The position numbers and the translations under genes are program-made. A DNA stretch of 64,000 nucleotides from NCBI GenBank assembly GCA_934630905.1, contig CAKTXN010000003.1:2838-66837 (forward strand), read 5' to 3'. Under the pieces are notes generated by a model. It was not told the DNA's origin. It saw only the letters and a program-made list of their open reading frames with translations, and did no database searches. Every line of letters begins with the position of its first letter. The first letter of the stretch is position 1. The stretch comes from an uncultured Eggerthellaceae bacterium. GTDB taxonomy: Bacteria; Actinomycetota; Coriobacteriia; Coriobacteriales; Eggerthellaceae. Positions 36,351-47,158 of this stretch are shown one piece after another.

Positions 36351-37376
36351 ATGGCCGCAACTCCCGACTATTATAAGATGCTGGGTGTGGCGCGCGATGC
36401 CACGCCTGAGCAGATCAAAAAGGCGTATCGCAAGCTTGCGCGAGAGTATCATCCCGACGCGGGCGGCGATGAAGAGAAATTCAAAGATGTAAACGAAGCG
36501 TACGAGGTTCTAAGCGACGAGAAGAAGCGTAAGCTGTACGACCAGTACGGAACCGCGAACGAGAATCAGATTCCGGGCGCTGGTTTTAGCGGATTCGGCG
36601 GCGTGGGCGATGCTTTCAGTGGCTTTGGCAGCTGGGCTGAGATTCTGGACAGCATCCGCAAAGGCGAAGGTGCCTTTGGGACGAACTGGGACTTTGGCCA
36701 AGGTGGTCGCTCGGGCGGCGGAAACGCGTATTCCGGCTTCAGCGGATTCGGTGGCTTCGGCGGATTCGGCGGCGCTGCGCAACAGCAAGGCGGTTGCGGT
36801 GGCGGATGCGGCGGTGGATCGTGTGCCCCCGAGAAGGGCAAGGACATTGCCGTTACGCTGAAAATCAGCTTTGACGAGGCATTTTCTGGTGCCGAGAAGA
36901 AAGTGACGCTACGCACCTCGGTTTCGCAAGAGAAGCAAACGATGGTCGTGAAAGTCCCCGCCGGTGTAACCGACGGCAAACGCTTGCGTTACCGCGGCAA
37001 GGGAATGCCGGGGCCGGGCGGCAACGGCGATTTGCTGGTGACGCTGGCCATTCAGCCGCATCCGTACTTCGAGCGTGATGGCGCGGACGTGATTGTGAAC
37101 ACGCCCATTTCGCCGGCCGAAGCGGCATTGGGTGCAAGCATTGTGGTGCCCACGCCGGGCGGTGCAAAGGTGCGTGTGAGGGTTCCCGCCGGTTCGCAAT
37201 CGGGGCAGGAGCTGTTGGTGAAAGGCAAGGGCGCGCCGCATATGAAGGGCGATGGCTCGGGCGATTTGCGCATTCACTTGATTATTACGCTGCCGGAAAA
37301 ACTGAACGACGAGCAGCGTAAGGCGATGGAAGATTATTTGGCAGCAACGAAGGAAGATGTACGAGTATGGCAGTAA
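36351..37376 (+). CDS. dnaJ: J-domain co-chaperone (DnaJ/CbpA-like, no CxxCxGxG zinc-finger repeats seen)
   Basis: The start was trimmed to [13 protein letters not shown]. The J domain carries YHPD. A G/F-rich linker follows, then C-terminal beta domains. Confidence 0.85.
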   Translation: MAATPDYYKMLGVARDATPEQIKKAYRKLAREYHPDAGGDEEKFKDVNEAYEVLSDEKKRKLYDQYGTANENQIPGAGFSGFGGVGDAFSGFGSWAEILDSIRKGEGAFGTNWDFGQGGRSGGGNAYSGFSGFGGFGGFGGAAQQQGGCGGGCGGGSCAPEKGKDIAVTLKISFDEAFSGAEKKVTLRTSVSQEKQTMVVKVPAGVTDGKRLRYRGKGMPGPGGNGDLLVTLAIQPHPYFERDGADVIVNTPISPAEAALGASIVVPTPGGAKVRVRVPAGSQSGQELLVKGKGAPHMKGDGSGDLRIHLIITLPEKLNDEQRKAMEDYLAATKEDVRVWQ

Positions 37377-37747
37377 ACGACAGAAATAGACCGGTCTACA
37401 TGATTGGCGTTGCCGCTGAGCTTGCTGGCGTGCATCCTCAAACGTTGCGTACGTACGAGCAAAAAGGCCTGGTTACGCCCCAGCGTACGAGTGGCAACAC
37501 GCGCATGTATTCTCAGGCAGACATTGAGCGCTTGGAATTCATCAACGAGCTTACCAGCGAAGGCATCAACTTGGCGGGCGTCATTCGCATCCTTGACTTG
37601 CAAGGACGTTTAGATGACCGCGATACGGAAATTGATGACTTGCATCGCCGTGTTCGCCGCCTGGCTGACCGCGTGCATGAGCTGGAAACGCGCGAGTCCG
37701 TGAGCACGCTGGTGTCCGACACGGCTATCATTCGTTATTTGCCTTAG
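37367..37747 (+). CDS. hspR: MerR-family heat-shock repressor HspR
   Basis: 126-aa ORF overlapping the dnaJ stop by 10 nt. The HTH reads [26 protein letters not shown]. The operon position is typical of Actinobacteria. Confidence 0.85.
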   Translation: MAVNDRNRPVYMIGVAAELAGVHPQTLRTYEQKGLVTPQRTSGNTRMYSQADIERLEFINELTSEGINLAGVIRILDLQGRLDDRDTEIDDLHRRVRRLADRVHELETRESVSTLVSDTAIIRYLP

Positions 37748-37861
37748 AACCATACGCGGGCATAGCGGGTTTGATGGCCGGATGGTCTTTTTGCGAACCC
37801 ACAGCCCGCGCAACTGAAGTTTTATGGAGCATTTCGTTTTCCCTGATAGAAGGATAGCTTT

Positions 37862-40546
37862 ATGAACATGGGTAATTTGCAGAAACTGGCTCTAACGGCG
37901 CAGGAGGCGTTGCAGGAGACCATGGGCATTGCTTCGGACGCGGAAAGCGCCCAGGCAGAGCCGATTCATATGCTCAAAGCGCTTCTGACGCGCGGCGAGA
38001 ACAACATTACGGCCATCATCAAGCGCATTGGCGCCGATCCGTCCTCGCTTTTGGTGAACGTAGACGACGAGATCATCCGCATGCCTAAGCAGTCTGGCGG
38101 TTACATGGGCATGCAGGGCGTGCCTGGTCAGGCGCTTATGACGGTGCTGGACAACGCGGTGAAGGCCGCCGAAAAGCTGGGCGACAGCTACGCGACCACC
38201 GAGCATCTGCTCATCGCGCTTTCCGAAGATAAAACGGCAGCGGGCCGCTTGCTTACCGCGGCAGGCGTAACGCGCAAGAACATCGAGGCCGCTTACGAGG
38301 AGCTTCGCGGCGACACGCGTGTTACCGATCAAACGGAGAAAGCCGAGTTCGAGGCGCTGGAGAAGTACGGCCAGAACCTTACGCAGCAGGCGCGCGAAGG
38401 CAAGCTTGACCCGGTAATCGGCCGTTCTGAAGAGATTCGCCGTACCATTCAGGTGCTTTCGCGCCGTACCAAGAACAACCCAGTGCTTATCGGCGAGCCG
38501 GGCACGGGCAAGACGGCAATTGTCGAGGGTCTGGCACAGCGTATTGTGGCGGGCGATGTTCCCACCACGTTGCGCGACAAGGATATCATCTCGCTTGACC
38601 TGGGCGCAATGATGGCAGGCGCAAAGTATCGTGGCGAATTCGAGGATCGTTTGAAGGGCGTTTTGCGCGAAGTGAAGCAGTCCGAAGGCCGTATCATCCT
38701 GTTCATCGATGAGTTGCACACCATTGTTGGCGCAGGCGCAGGCGGCGACAGCTCCTTGGATGCGGGCAACATGCTTAAACCGGCGCTGGCGCGTGGCGAA
38801 CTGCATGCCATTGGTGCCACAACGCTTGACGAGTACCGAAAGTACATTGAGAAAGATGCTGCGTTGGAGCGTCGTTTCCAGAAGGTATACATCAGCGAGC
38901 CTACCGTGGAAGATACCATCGCCATTTTGCGTGGTCTGAAAGAGAAGTACGAAATCCATCACGGCGTGCGCATCAAGGATAGCGCGATTGTGGCTGCTGC
39001 TGAGCTTTCGAATCGTTACATTACCGACCGCTTCCTTCCCGATAAGGCAATTGACCTGATGGATGAGGCGGCAAGTCGCTTGCGTATTGAGATTGACAGC
39101 ATGCCGGAAGAGGTTGACCTGGCTGAACGCAAGCTCACGCAGATGCAAATCGAAGAGCAGGCGCTTATGAAGGAAACCGACGAGGCGTCCAAGGAGCGTT
39201 TGGAGAACCTGCGTCGCGAGATTGCAACCGCAAAGGACCTGCTGGATGCGCGCAAGGCGGAATGGAAGAACGAGAAGGACGTTATCGAGAACGTTGCGTC
39301 TATCAAGGCAGATTTGGAGGCGGCGCAAAACGAAGAGGAGAAGGCCATGCGCGAGGGCGACTTGTCGCTGGCTTCCGAGATTCGCTATGCGCGCATCCCT
39401 GGCTTGAAGAAGCAGCTGGCCGATGCCGAGAGCGTTTTGAACGAGCGCCAGAAAGACGGCGCCATCCTGAAAGAGGAAGTGTCCGAGGACGAAATTGCCG
39501 AGGTCGTTTCCGCGTGGACGGGCATTCCCGTGCAGAAGATGATGCAGGGCGAAATGCAGAAGCTTGCCGACTTGGAAGACAAGCTGCATGAGCGCGTTGT
39601 TGGTCAAGACGAAGCTGTTTGTGCAGTTGCAGGCGCAATTCGCCGTAGTCGTGCGGGACTTTCCGACCCGAACAAGCCCATTGGCAGCTTCTTGTTCTTG
39701 GGCCCCACGGGCGTGGGCAAAACCGAGCTTGCAAAGGCGCTGGCCGAGTACTTGTTCGACAGCGAGCGCAATATGGTGCGTATCGATATGTCCGAGTACA
39801 TGGAGAAGTTCAGCGTGCAGCGTTTGATTGGTGCGCCTCCGGGATACGTGGGATACGACGAAGGCGGCCAGCTTACCGAGGCCGTGCGTCGCAAGCCGTA
39901 TTCGGTGATTTTGCTGGACGAGATCGAGAAGGCGCATCCGGATGTGTTTAACATCTTGCTGCAGGTGCTTGACGATGGCCGCCTGACCGACGGCCAGGGC
40001 CGCGTGGTGAGCTTCAAGAACGCGGTTATTATCATGACCAGCAACATTGGCAGCCAGTTCATGCATTCCGAGGAGAAGGAAGGCGAGACGCTGGAGGATT
40101 TGGCAAAGCTGAGCCCCGATGCCATGGCGAAGCGCATGGCGGAGTTCCAGCGCAAGGTGGAAGATGCGCTGCGTGGAACGTTCCGTCCTGAGTTCTTGAA
40201 CCGTATCGATGAAGTGATCACGTTCCACGAGTTGAGCATTTCCAACATGGAGCCTATCGTTGACCTGCAGCTTAACGCCGTGCGCAAGCGCTTGGTGGAT
40301 CGCCGCATTACGCTGGATGTCACGCCGGCCGTGTTGCAGCAACTGGCAATCGACGGCTTCGACCCCATGTATGGTGCACGTCCGCTGAAGCGCCTGGTCC
40401 AGAAGGAGATTGTGGACCGCATTGCCGCGAAAGCGGTTACGGGCGAGCTGCGTGATGGGTCTCATGTGTTCTTCGACATTGATGACACGGGCGATTACCA
40501 GTGCCGCGTTGAAGAGCCCATCGACTACGATAGCTTGCTGTCGTAG
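37862..40546 (+). CDS. clpB: ATP-dependent chaperone ClpB
   Basis: 894-aa ORF. The two Walker A motifs are GEPGTGKT and GPTGVGKT, separated by a coiled-coil middle domain. Confidence 0.95.
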   Translation: MNMGNLQKLALTAQEALQETMGIASDAESAQAEPIHMLKALLTRGENNITAIIKRIGADPSSLLVNVDDEIIRMPKQSGGYMGMQGVPGQALMTVLDNAVKAAEKLGDSYATTEHLLIALSEDKTAAGRLLTAAGVTRKNIEAAYEELRGDTRVTDQTEKAEFEALEKYGQNLTQQAREGKLDPVIGRSEEIRRTIQVLSRRTKNNPVLIGEPGTGKTAIVEGLAQRIVAGDVPTTLRDKDIISLDLGAMMAGAKYRGEFEDRLKGVLREVKQSEGRIILFIDELHTIVGAGAGGDSSLDAGNMLKPALARGELHAIGATTLDEYRKYIEKDAALERRFQKVYISEPTVEDTIAILRGLKEKYEIHHGVRIKDSAIVAAAELSNRYITDRFLPDKAIDLMDEAASRLRIEIDSMPEEVDLAERKLTQMQIEEQALMKETDEASKERLENLRREIATAKDLLDARKAEWKNEKDVIENVASIKADLEAAQNEEEKAMREGDLSLASEIRYARIPGLKKQLADAESVLNERQKDGAILKEEVSEDEIAEVVSAWTGIPVQKMMQGEMQKLADLEDKLHERVVGQDEAVCAVAGAIRRSRAGLSDPNKPIGSFLFLGPTGVGKTELAKALAEYLFDSERNMVRIDMSEYMEKFSVQRLIGAPPGYVGYDEGGQLTEAVRRKPYSVILLDEIEKAHPDVFNILLQVLDDGRLTDGQGRVVSFKNAVIIMTSNIGSQFMHSEEKEGETLEDLAKLSPDAMAKRMAEFQRKVEDALRGTFRPEFLNRIDEVITFHELSISNMEPIVDLQLNAVRKRLVDRRITLDVTPAVLQQLAIDGFDPMYGARPLKRLVQKEIVDRIAAKAVTGELRDGSHVFFDIDDTGDYQCRVEEPIDYDSLLS

Positions 40547-40651
40547 GAGTGTGACGGCTGCGCCATGGTGCAACGGGCACGATTCCACTGATGGTGGCGT
40601 GATGCTGCTGACGTGATGCGGTGTTGCCGGCGGTACGATGCAACATGCAAT

Positions 40652-40694
40652 AAGGGCGCGTGCTGGGGAGCAATCCCCGGTGCGCGCCTTTTTC
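40652..40694 (+). terminator. rho-independent terminator of clpB
   Basis: Stem AAGGGCGCGTGCTGGGGA ... TCCCCGGTGCGCGCCTT followed by TTT. Confidence 0.7.
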
Positions 40695-40697
40695 ATG

Positions 40698-40953
40698 TTG
40701 ACAAATTACCCCACCTTTTGTCAACAAGGTGAAAAAGTGGCGGGGTCTTTTTTCACCTTTTTTCATGATGGTCTCCTTCGATCCGTAACTTCGTAAATCC
40801 AAGTTTTGCCTGATAACCTGTCATTGGGAAGTTTTGCTTGGTCTTTGCTGCAGGTTTATCCGCACTTTGCAGGGGAAAATCTGTCTTGACCCGTTGTGTT
40901 TGCGGGGTTTGCGGGCGCGATTGTTGACAAAAGGTGGGATAATTTGACAACAA
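40698..40953. repeat. inverted pair of the REP-like palindrome enclosing ~195 bp (MITE-like)
   Basis: TTGACAAATTACCCCACCTTTTGTCAACAA lies at 40698-40727. Its reverse complement, with 2-3 mismatches, lies at 40921-40953. The interior has a second hairpin: GGTGAAAAAG ... CTTTTTTCACC plus a T6 run (40728-40763). Confidence 0.8.
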
Positions 40954-41223
40954 TTTTTGGTGCGGATGGCGCTGGCGGTGCTGACCATCTGCGCCTTCTG
41001 CGTCATTTACTGGTTCTGTCTGCGTATTTGCAGGTGCAACGCTTATAATACGTGCCATGAAAAGAAGAGCTCGACATACTATGGCCGTTGAACGCATCAA
41101 GCCTGCTGAAGGGGTGTGCATTGTCATGCTGTTTTTGGCGGCGCTTTTAGTGGTGCTATGGGTTGTCTTTATTGCCGTGCGCTTGGTGTTGGTGTAAGCG
41201 CAGATGGTTGAGGCGAAATAAGT

Positions 41224-42744
41224 ATGTGGCAGCGATTCTCTCTGCAAGACGTTCGCATCATTGGGCATTATTTGGGCGTGCTCATCATGGTGTCATCGGT
41301 TATGTATTTCATTCCGTTTCTTATGGCGCTTGTGCTGCAAGAATGGGAGCCTGCTTCGCGCTATCTGTTCACTGGCGGCCTGAGCTTGGTCATTGGCGGG
41401 GCGCTGCGTATGCTCTATTTGAACCCGCGCCGTTTGTCTCGTCAGCAGGCATTGGCGGTAACGGGCCTGGTTTGGATTGTGCTGGCGTTCATTGCCACCA
41501 TTCCCCTGTATTATTCGGGACATTTTGCTTCGTATGCCGATGCGCTTTTCGATGCGGTATCGGGTCTGACCACCACGGGTGCGTCTATCATCTGCGACCT
41601 GGATCACCTGTCGTACACCGATAATATGTTCCGCTTCCTTATGCATTTCGTGGGCGGTTTGGGCTTGATTGTGGTGGCGCTTTCGCTGGGCATTTTCGGC
41701 AAGGGCGGCGGTGCAAGCCTGTATTCGGCTGAGGCGCGCTCGGAGCACATGGTTCCGAACATTGTGCAAACCGCGCGTCTTATTACAAAAGTGACCTTGG
41801 TGTTTGTGCTTATCGGAACGGCAATCATCACGGTTCTCGATATTTTTCTGGGCATGGAGCCGCTGCGCGCGCTTCTGCATGCGTTCTGGATTTCGCTTTC
41901 CGGCTTCGTGACCGGCGGCTTCACCCCCACCAGCGAAAGCATCTATTATTACCACTCATTCATTCTTGAGTGCGTGCTCATGCTACTCATGTTGTGTGGC
42001 GCTATCAATTTCACGCTTCACCTGGAAGTTTGGAATGGGCACGTGAAGAGCTTCTTCAAAGACGTGGAAATCCGAACGATGGTTCTGTGGCTGGTGGTGC
42101 TGGTGGCGGTGTTTGCGGCATCCATGGCGGCAAGCACGAATTTCTCGAATTTGCCCACGATGCTGCGTCGCGGTCTGTTCATGATTGTCTCGTCGTTTAC
42201 CACAACGGGCTTCCAAAACGTCACGTCGAACGAGATTCTTACGGTGTTCACGTCGGGTTGCTTCCTGCTGTTGGCCATTGCCATGGCGGTAGGCGGCGGT
42301 ACGGGAAGCACCGCCGGCGGTATCAAGCTCAGCCGTATCGGTTTCATTTTCAAAGCCATTGTGGTACGCGTGAAGGAAACGCTGTCGCCCGATAGCGCAC
42401 GCGTGATTGTGGATTACTACCACCTGGGGCGCCAGCGTTTGACCTCGGAAAACGCCGAGGAAGCCATGACGATTTTCATGTTATATGCTGTGACGTACAC
42501 GATTGGCGCGCTTGCGGGTATTGCGGCGGGTTATGACGCACTGCAGGCCATTTACGAATCGGTTTGCATGGCTAGTAACGGCGGCGTAATTGTGGGAATT
42601 GCTGGGCCAGGTATGCCAACGTGGTTGGAAATGGTCTATATTCTGGAAATGTGGGCGGGCCGTCTTGAATTCATCACACTGATTGCCTTGGTGGTAAAGA
42701 TTGCGGTTTCGGTTGTTCCTCACCGTCGAAGGGTTCGTGCGTAA
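41224..42744 (+). CDS. trkH: TrkH/KtrB-family K+ uptake membrane subunit
   Basis: 506-aa polytopic ORF. It has four P-loop-like segments: SGLTTTGAS, SGFVTGGFT, SSFTTTGFQ and MASNGGVIVG. Confidence 0.85.
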   Translation: MWQRFSLQDVRIIGHYLGVLIMVSSVMYFIPFLMALVLQEWEPASRYLFTGGLSLVIGGALRMLYLNPRRLSRQQALAVTGLVWIVLAFIATIPLYYSGHFASYADALFDAVSGLTTTGASIICDLDHLSYTDNMFRFLMHFVGGLGLIVVALSLGIFGKGGGASLYSAEARSEHMVPNIVQTARLITKVTLVFVLIGTAIITVLDIFLGMEPLRALLHAFWISLSGFVTGGFTPTSESIYYYHSFILECVLMLLMLCGAINFTLHLEVWNGHVKSFFKDVEIRTMVLWLVVLVAVFAASMAASTNFSNLPTMLRRGLFMIVSSFTTTGFQNVTSNEILTVFTSGCFLLLAIAMAVGGGTGSTAGGIKLSRIGFIFKAIVVRVKETLSPDSARVIVDYYHLGRQRLTSENAEEAMTIFMLYAVTYTIGALAGIAAGYDALQAIYESVCMASNGGVIVGIAGPGMPTWLEMVYILEMWAGRLEFITLIALVVKIAVSVVPHRRRVRA

Positions 42745-43454
42745 TGGGTATGCGAGGGACAAACTGCTGCGTGCGCCAGGGCGCTGGTCGGGGCGTGGCA
42801 ACGGTAGATAATCGGGGTTGGGAAAGGACTGCAGGTTTGGAAAAACTTGCAAAATACCTGGTAGCAGCTGCGGTTTCGCTTGCGCTTGCGCTCACGTTTC
42901 CCCTGTGCGCGTTGGCAGAAGACCTGGGCGAAGGCGACAATCCCGAATCGCATAATTACGTTGACGAGCGCCAGATTCCCGATGGCTCGTTTTTGTATGA
43001 TACGTCCATTGAAGCCCTGGCGACCGCCGATGTCTTCTACGACAACGCTACCGTGGTGGTAACGGGCGAGGTCGTGGGCGACCGCAGAAGCGCCGGCGTT
43101 GGATCGGATAGCAGCTGGATTACGCTGTATTCGCTGAAGAAGGGCGCCGCGGAGCAATACAATCCTTCCTCGATTGAAGTTTGCGTCTCCAATTCTCTGG
43201 CAGATACGATTGATACGTATGGCCGCTACAACGTGCGTGGAACATATGTCCAGGTGAGTGGCACGTATCATTTGGCGTGTGCCGATCATGATGGTTTGAG
43301 CGACGTCCATGCCGATTCGCTCTCTATTGTCCGAAAGGGCGCGCAGTTGAACGAGCCCTTCGACATCACAATGTTCCTGCCGGGCGTTGTTGCCGTTCTT
43401 GCCGGGCTTTTGATCATTTTCGTGCACAAGCGCATAACGGATAAGGCGCGCTAG
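42744..43454 (+). CDS. hypothetical exported protein with C-terminal membrane anchor
   Basis: The ATG overlaps the trkH stop (TAATG). A signal-like segment is present (LVAAAVSLALALTFPLCALA). The central domain is beta-rich. The C-terminal TM reads FLPGVVAVLAGLLIIFV. No family was recognised. Confidence 0.5.
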   Translation: MGMRGTNCCVRQGAGRGVATVDNRGWERTAGLEKLAKYLVAAAVSLALALTFPLCALAEDLGEGDNPESHNYVDERQIPDGSFLYDTSIEALATADVFYDNATVVVTGEVVGDRRSAGVGSDSSWITLYSLKKGAAEQYNPSSIEVCVSNSLADTIDTYGRYNVRGTYVQVSGTYHLACADHDGLSDVHADSLSIVRKGAQLNEPFDITMFLPGVVAVLAGLLIIFVHKRITDKAR

Positions 43455-44486
43455 ATGACGGGTGGAGAAGAACGGGCGATGATGAATCGGACTGAGCGCG
43501 ATACCGAAGGTGCCGCCGAAGCGCGTGGCCGCGTGGTGAAGCTCGATCGCGGTTTCCCTTTAGTTCAACTTGAAAGTGGCGCGCGGGTGCGCTGCGAACA
43601 TGCAACTGAGCTGGTGAAAGAGAGCGACCTGCGCGCCGTAATCGGCGATTACGTGCGTGTGGTATGGCCCGATACCCATGATAAAGCCATCATCGCGGAG
43701 ATTCTTCCGCGTCGGAATGCGTTCGTTCGGCGCGATCCCGCCGAGCGCACCATTTCGCAAACACTTGCTGCGAACTTCGAAGTGATTATTGTTGCGCAGC
43801 CGCTTCCCGAGCTTAATAGGAAGCGCCTTGAGCGCGAGTTGGTGCTGGCGCACGATACGGGTGCGCGCGTGGTGGTTGCGCTCACGAAGGCCGATATGGC
43901 GCAGGATGAGCAGGAAGTCAACCGCGTTTGCCAGGATGTTGCGCTTTGCGCGGGAGAATCGGTGCAGGTCATTGCGTTATCGTGCGTGGACGGCAGCGGG
44001 TTTTCCCAGCTGCGGGCGCTTATTGCCCCAGGGACAACTGCCGTGCTTATTGGCAAGAGCGGCGCGGGGAAGTCGAGCCTGGTCAACACGCTGGCGGGAA
44101 GTGACGTGCAGGAAACGGGTGCCGTGCGCGAAAACGACCGACGTGGACGACACACCACGGTGTCGCGCGAAATCATCGCATTGCCGGGCGCGGGCTTTAT
44201 TGTGGACATGCCGGGAGTGCGCGGGTTGGGCATGTGGGAGGCCGAGGAAGGCATTGGCGCGGCGTTCCCTGACATTGAGCAGCTGGCGGCGCAGTGCAAA
44301 TTCGCTGATTGCAAGCACGAAAGCGAACCGGGCTGCGCGGTGTTGCAGGCGGTTGAGCAGGGCGCGGTGTCTGCTCAGCGCTTGAAATCGTATAAGTTCC
44401 TGCGAGACGAAAGCCAATCGGCGCGCGATCGCAAAGAGCGCGCTCGCTGGCAAAAGCATATCAAAGGTCGAAAAAAGGGCAGATAG
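43455..44486 (+). CDS. rsgA: ribosome small-subunit-dependent GTPase A
   Basis: Motifs seen: GKSGAGKSSLVNTL, RGRHTT, and DMPG. The zinc knuckle reads CKFADCKHESEPGCAV. Confidence 0.9.
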   Translation: MTGGEERAMMNRTERDTEGAAEARGRVVKLDRGFPLVQLESGARVRCEHATELVKESDLRAVIGDYVRVVWPDTHDKAIIAEILPRRNAFVRRDPAERTISQTLAANFEVIIVAQPLPELNRKRLERELVLAHDTGARVVVALTKADMAQDEQEVNRVCQDVALCAGESVQVIALSCVDGSGFSQLRALIAPGTTAVLIGKSGAGKSSLVNTLAGSDVQETGAVRENDRRGRHTTVSREIIALPGAGFIVDMPGVRGLGMWEAEEGIGAAFPDIEQLAAQCKFADCKHESEPGCAVLQAVEQGAVSAQRLKSYKFLRDESQSARDRKERARWQKHIKGRKKGR

Positions 44487-44573
44487 GCGTTACAATAATT
44501 GTTTGTGGTTTCGCGAGTTTCCGCAGACGAAAACAGCATAAACGCAGTACGAATAGACATAAAAAGAGGGCAC

Positions 44574-45947
44574 ATGAATCCGGTAATCGTTATTCCCACC
44601 TATATTGCATCGCGCAGACAGAAGGAAAACCCCAGCTTAATGGCAATATACGATCACGCTACGCCCATTTCGGGGCAGGGTGAATTGGGTCGCTGCCTGG
44701 AATCGATCGAAAAAGCGCAGGGGAATGTTCCCGTTATTATTCTGGTTGCAAGCGATCGCTCGGTGGAAAAGCAGGCGGCCGACAAGGTGCAGGCGGTTGC
44801 ATCGAAGTACCCGGGCGTGCAGAGCCTGGTTATCGGCGCGCCCGAGCAGGCGTTGGTGCACCAGCGCATGGAGCAGCTGGGCCTGACCGAGTACAACGAA
44901 GGCATTGGCCTGGTGGGGTATAGCGCCATTCGCAATTTGGGATTGGTGGTTGCCGCTGTCTTCGGTTTCGATGCTGTGGTCTTTGTTGACGATGACGAGA
45001 TTGTCGAAGACCCCGATTTCATGAAGAAAGCCGTATATGGCCTGGGAAAACTCACGAAAAAGGGCATTCCCATTGTTGCGAAAACGGGTTATTTCTTGGA
45101 CAAGAACGGCTCGTACAAGGCGTCCGAAAAAGCGCGCTGGTACGATCATTTCTGGGATCAAAGCAAGCGCTTCAACGAGTGGATTACGTCCGCAATGGAA
45201 GGTCCGCGTTTATCACGCGCGAACAGCGTTTGCGGCGGATGCCTTGCGTTGCATAAAGAGGCGTTTTCGCGTTTGGCATTTGACCCCTGGATTACGCGCG
45301 GCGAGGATTTGGACTACTTGCTGAATTTGCGCATGTACGGTTCTGAGCTGTGGTTTGACAACAAATGGTGCGTGCGCCATTTGCCGCCGAAGACAACAAG
45401 CGAAGGAATGCGCTTTCATCAGGATATTTATCGCTGGCTCTACGAAATGCGCAAGCTGGAATACAGTCGCACGCAAATCGATCTTTTGCAGGTGAAGCCG
45501 GCGTCGCTTAATCCGTATCCTGGCCCGTTCTTGGACCACGGCGTTCGCCGTCGCATTTCATGGACGGCGCGTTTGCGCAGCTTGGCGCGCCCCGATCATC
45601 GGGCGTATTTCAAGGCGGCAAGTGCGGCGAAGCGCGAGGCCGATGCGTATGCTGCCACGAACTGCTCGAAGTACTTCGAGTTCCAATACGTTTGGCCAGA
45701 ACTTATGGCGCGCATGGAGAACGATGCGTTGTTGCGTACCATGCTGGTGCAGTCCACGGCGCTGCGCCGCGGCATCGATTTGAGCGCCCAGCTTCCCCTT
45801 GCTCAAGCGACCGAAGAGGCGGGGGCTGCTGCGACAGGTGCGGCTGCGGCTGCCGGCGCGGCTGGCGCTGCGGGTGCGGGGGACTTCGTGCCGGTAAGCT
45901 ACGACCCTGGTCTGACCTGCGAAATTCGTCTGAACATGGAAGACTAG
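44574..45947 (+). CDS. putative GT-A-fold glycosyltransferase-like protein
   Basis: The start was trimmed to MNPVIVIPTY, which has AAGAGGG upstream. A DxD-like motif is present (VFVDDDEIVED), as is RGEDLDY. The C-terminal tail is Ala/Gly-rich. The family call is tentative. Confidence 0.5.
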   Translation: MNPVIVIPTYIASRRQKENPSLMAIYDHATPISGQGELGRCLESIEKAQGNVPVIILVASDRSVEKQAADKVQAVASKYPGVQSLVIGAPEQALVHQRMEQLGLTEYNEGIGLVGYSAIRNLGLVVAAVFGFDAVVFVDDDEIVEDPDFMKKAVYGLGKLTKKGIPIVAKTGYFLDKNGSYKASEKARWYDHFWDQSKRFNEWITSAMEGPRLSRANSVCGGCLALHKEAFSRLAFDPWITRGEDLDYLLNLRMYGSELWFDNKWCVRHLPPKTTSEGMRFHQDIYRWLYEMRKLEYSRTQIDLLQVKPASLNPYPGPFLDHGVRRRISWTARLRSLARPDHRAYFKAASAAKREADAYAATNCSKYFEFQYVWPELMARMENDALLRTMLVQSTALRRGIDLSAQLPLAQATEEAGAAATGAAAAAGAAGAAGAGDFVPVSYDPGLTCEIRLNMED

Positions 45948-45956
45948 AGGCGCATT

Positions 45957-46937
45957 TTGGATTTGCTGTTTCTTATTCCCGCGTCGCTTGCTTTGGGCTT
46001 GGCCGTGGGAATGCTCTCGGGTCTTCTGGGAATCGGCGGCGGTACCGTTATGGTTCCGGCGTTTCGCTTGATTTACGACATGAGCGCCCTTGCCGCAACG
46101 GCAACGTCCATGCTGACTATTGTGCCTACTTCGGTTTCGGGCATGATTGCGCACGTCCGCAACAAGACGTGTGTTCTAAAGGTGGGCCTTGCCGCGGGTT
46201 TGGGCGGCGCGTGCTCTTCGTGGATTGGCGTGATTCTGGCGGAGTGGTCGCCCGGATGGTGCGTTATGGCGGCTGCAGCTGCGGTTATTGTCTACAGCGC
46301 TACCACCATGCTGAAAAAAGCGCTTGCGATGAAGCCTGCAAAGGCGGCGGGCGAAGATGCAGGTGCCAGTGAAGGTGCCGGTGAAGGTGCCGGTGAAGGT
46401 GCGGCTGGGGATGCGCAGGTTGCTGGCGCGGGCGCGAGCGTTGGTGCCGGCTCGAAGGCTGCTCGCGAAGCAGCCGCTGACGGCGCATCGGTGGGCGGCG
46501 CCTCGAGTGCTTCTGCTTCCACTGCAGCTGCGAAACCTCGGGAAGCCGATGTCCCGGTAACGAAAAACATGCTGGTCAAATCGGCAATCATCGGCCTTTC
46601 GGCAGGTGTTTTATCAGGATATGTAGGTGTTGGCGGCGGCTTCATTATGGTACCGCTCTTCTTGAGCAAGTTGAACCTTCCCATGAAAAAAGCTTCGGGA
46701 ACGTCGCTTGTTGCCGTGGGCATTCTGGTGTTGCCCGCCTTGGTGACGCAGGTCGTTTTGGGCAATGTCAATTGGGCAGCCGGCCTTGCCTGCATTGTGG
46801 GATCGATTCCTGGCGCTGTGTTGGGTGCGAAGCTGCAGGCGCGCATTCCCGAACGTGCGCTTCGGTTCTGCTTCGCGGGCATTTTGGGCGTTGCCGCGGT
46901 GCTTTTGATTGTGAACGAGCTGGGCTTTTTGGGGTAA
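45957..46937 (+). CDS. TauE/SafE-family anion exporter with a ~75-aa Ala/Gly/Glu-rich central insertion
   Basis: The start codon is TTG. LSGLLGIGGGTVMVP is present in the N-terminal half and GYVGVGGGFIMVP in the C-terminal half. Confidence 0.75.
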   Translation: MDLLFLIPASLALGLAVGMLSGLLGIGGGTVMVPAFRLIYDMSALAATATSMLTIVPTSVSGMIAHVRNKTCVLKVGLAAGLGGACSSWIGVILAEWSPGWCVMAAAAAVIVYSATTMLKKALAMKPAKAAGEDAGASEGAGEGAGEGAAGDAQVAGAGASVGAGSKAAREAAADGASVGGASSASASTAAAKPREADVPVTKNMLVKSAIIGLSAGVLSGYVGVGGGFIMVPLFLSKLNLPMKKASGTSLVAVGILVLPALVTQVVLGNVNWAAGLACIVGSIPGAVLGAKLQARIPERALRFCFAGILGVAAVLLIVNELGFLG

Positions 46938-47158
46938 CGCCGCCAAGTACGTGCGTGGCGCCAATCGTCTTTTATCCCGCTGATTGGAATGTGCGTTGGA
47001 GTACGGTAGGCTCGGGAAACAGGAGCAGATTTAATCGAACAAGCCGCCCGAAGGCTATTGAGCTAAAAATAAACACTTTGCAGTGTCTTTACTGCGAAAA
47101 CGAGCAGGTCGCGCGGTAAAATGATGCAATAAAAAAGCAAGGATACAAGGAACGCCCT

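Noticed and set aside
37892-40696. 934-aa ORF antisense to clpB. Similar long antisense ORFs lie opposite dnaK (33652-34971), ftsH (50089-51747), folP (51954-53312), the alcohol dehydrogenase gene (17620-18963), hypE (30354-31292) and the adhesin 5' region (59151-60521).
   Set aside because: The sense strands encode unmistakable conserved proteins. The antisense products are Arg/Ala/His/Leu-rich with no recognisable motifs. This is the usual stop-poor antisense frame of GC-rich genes.
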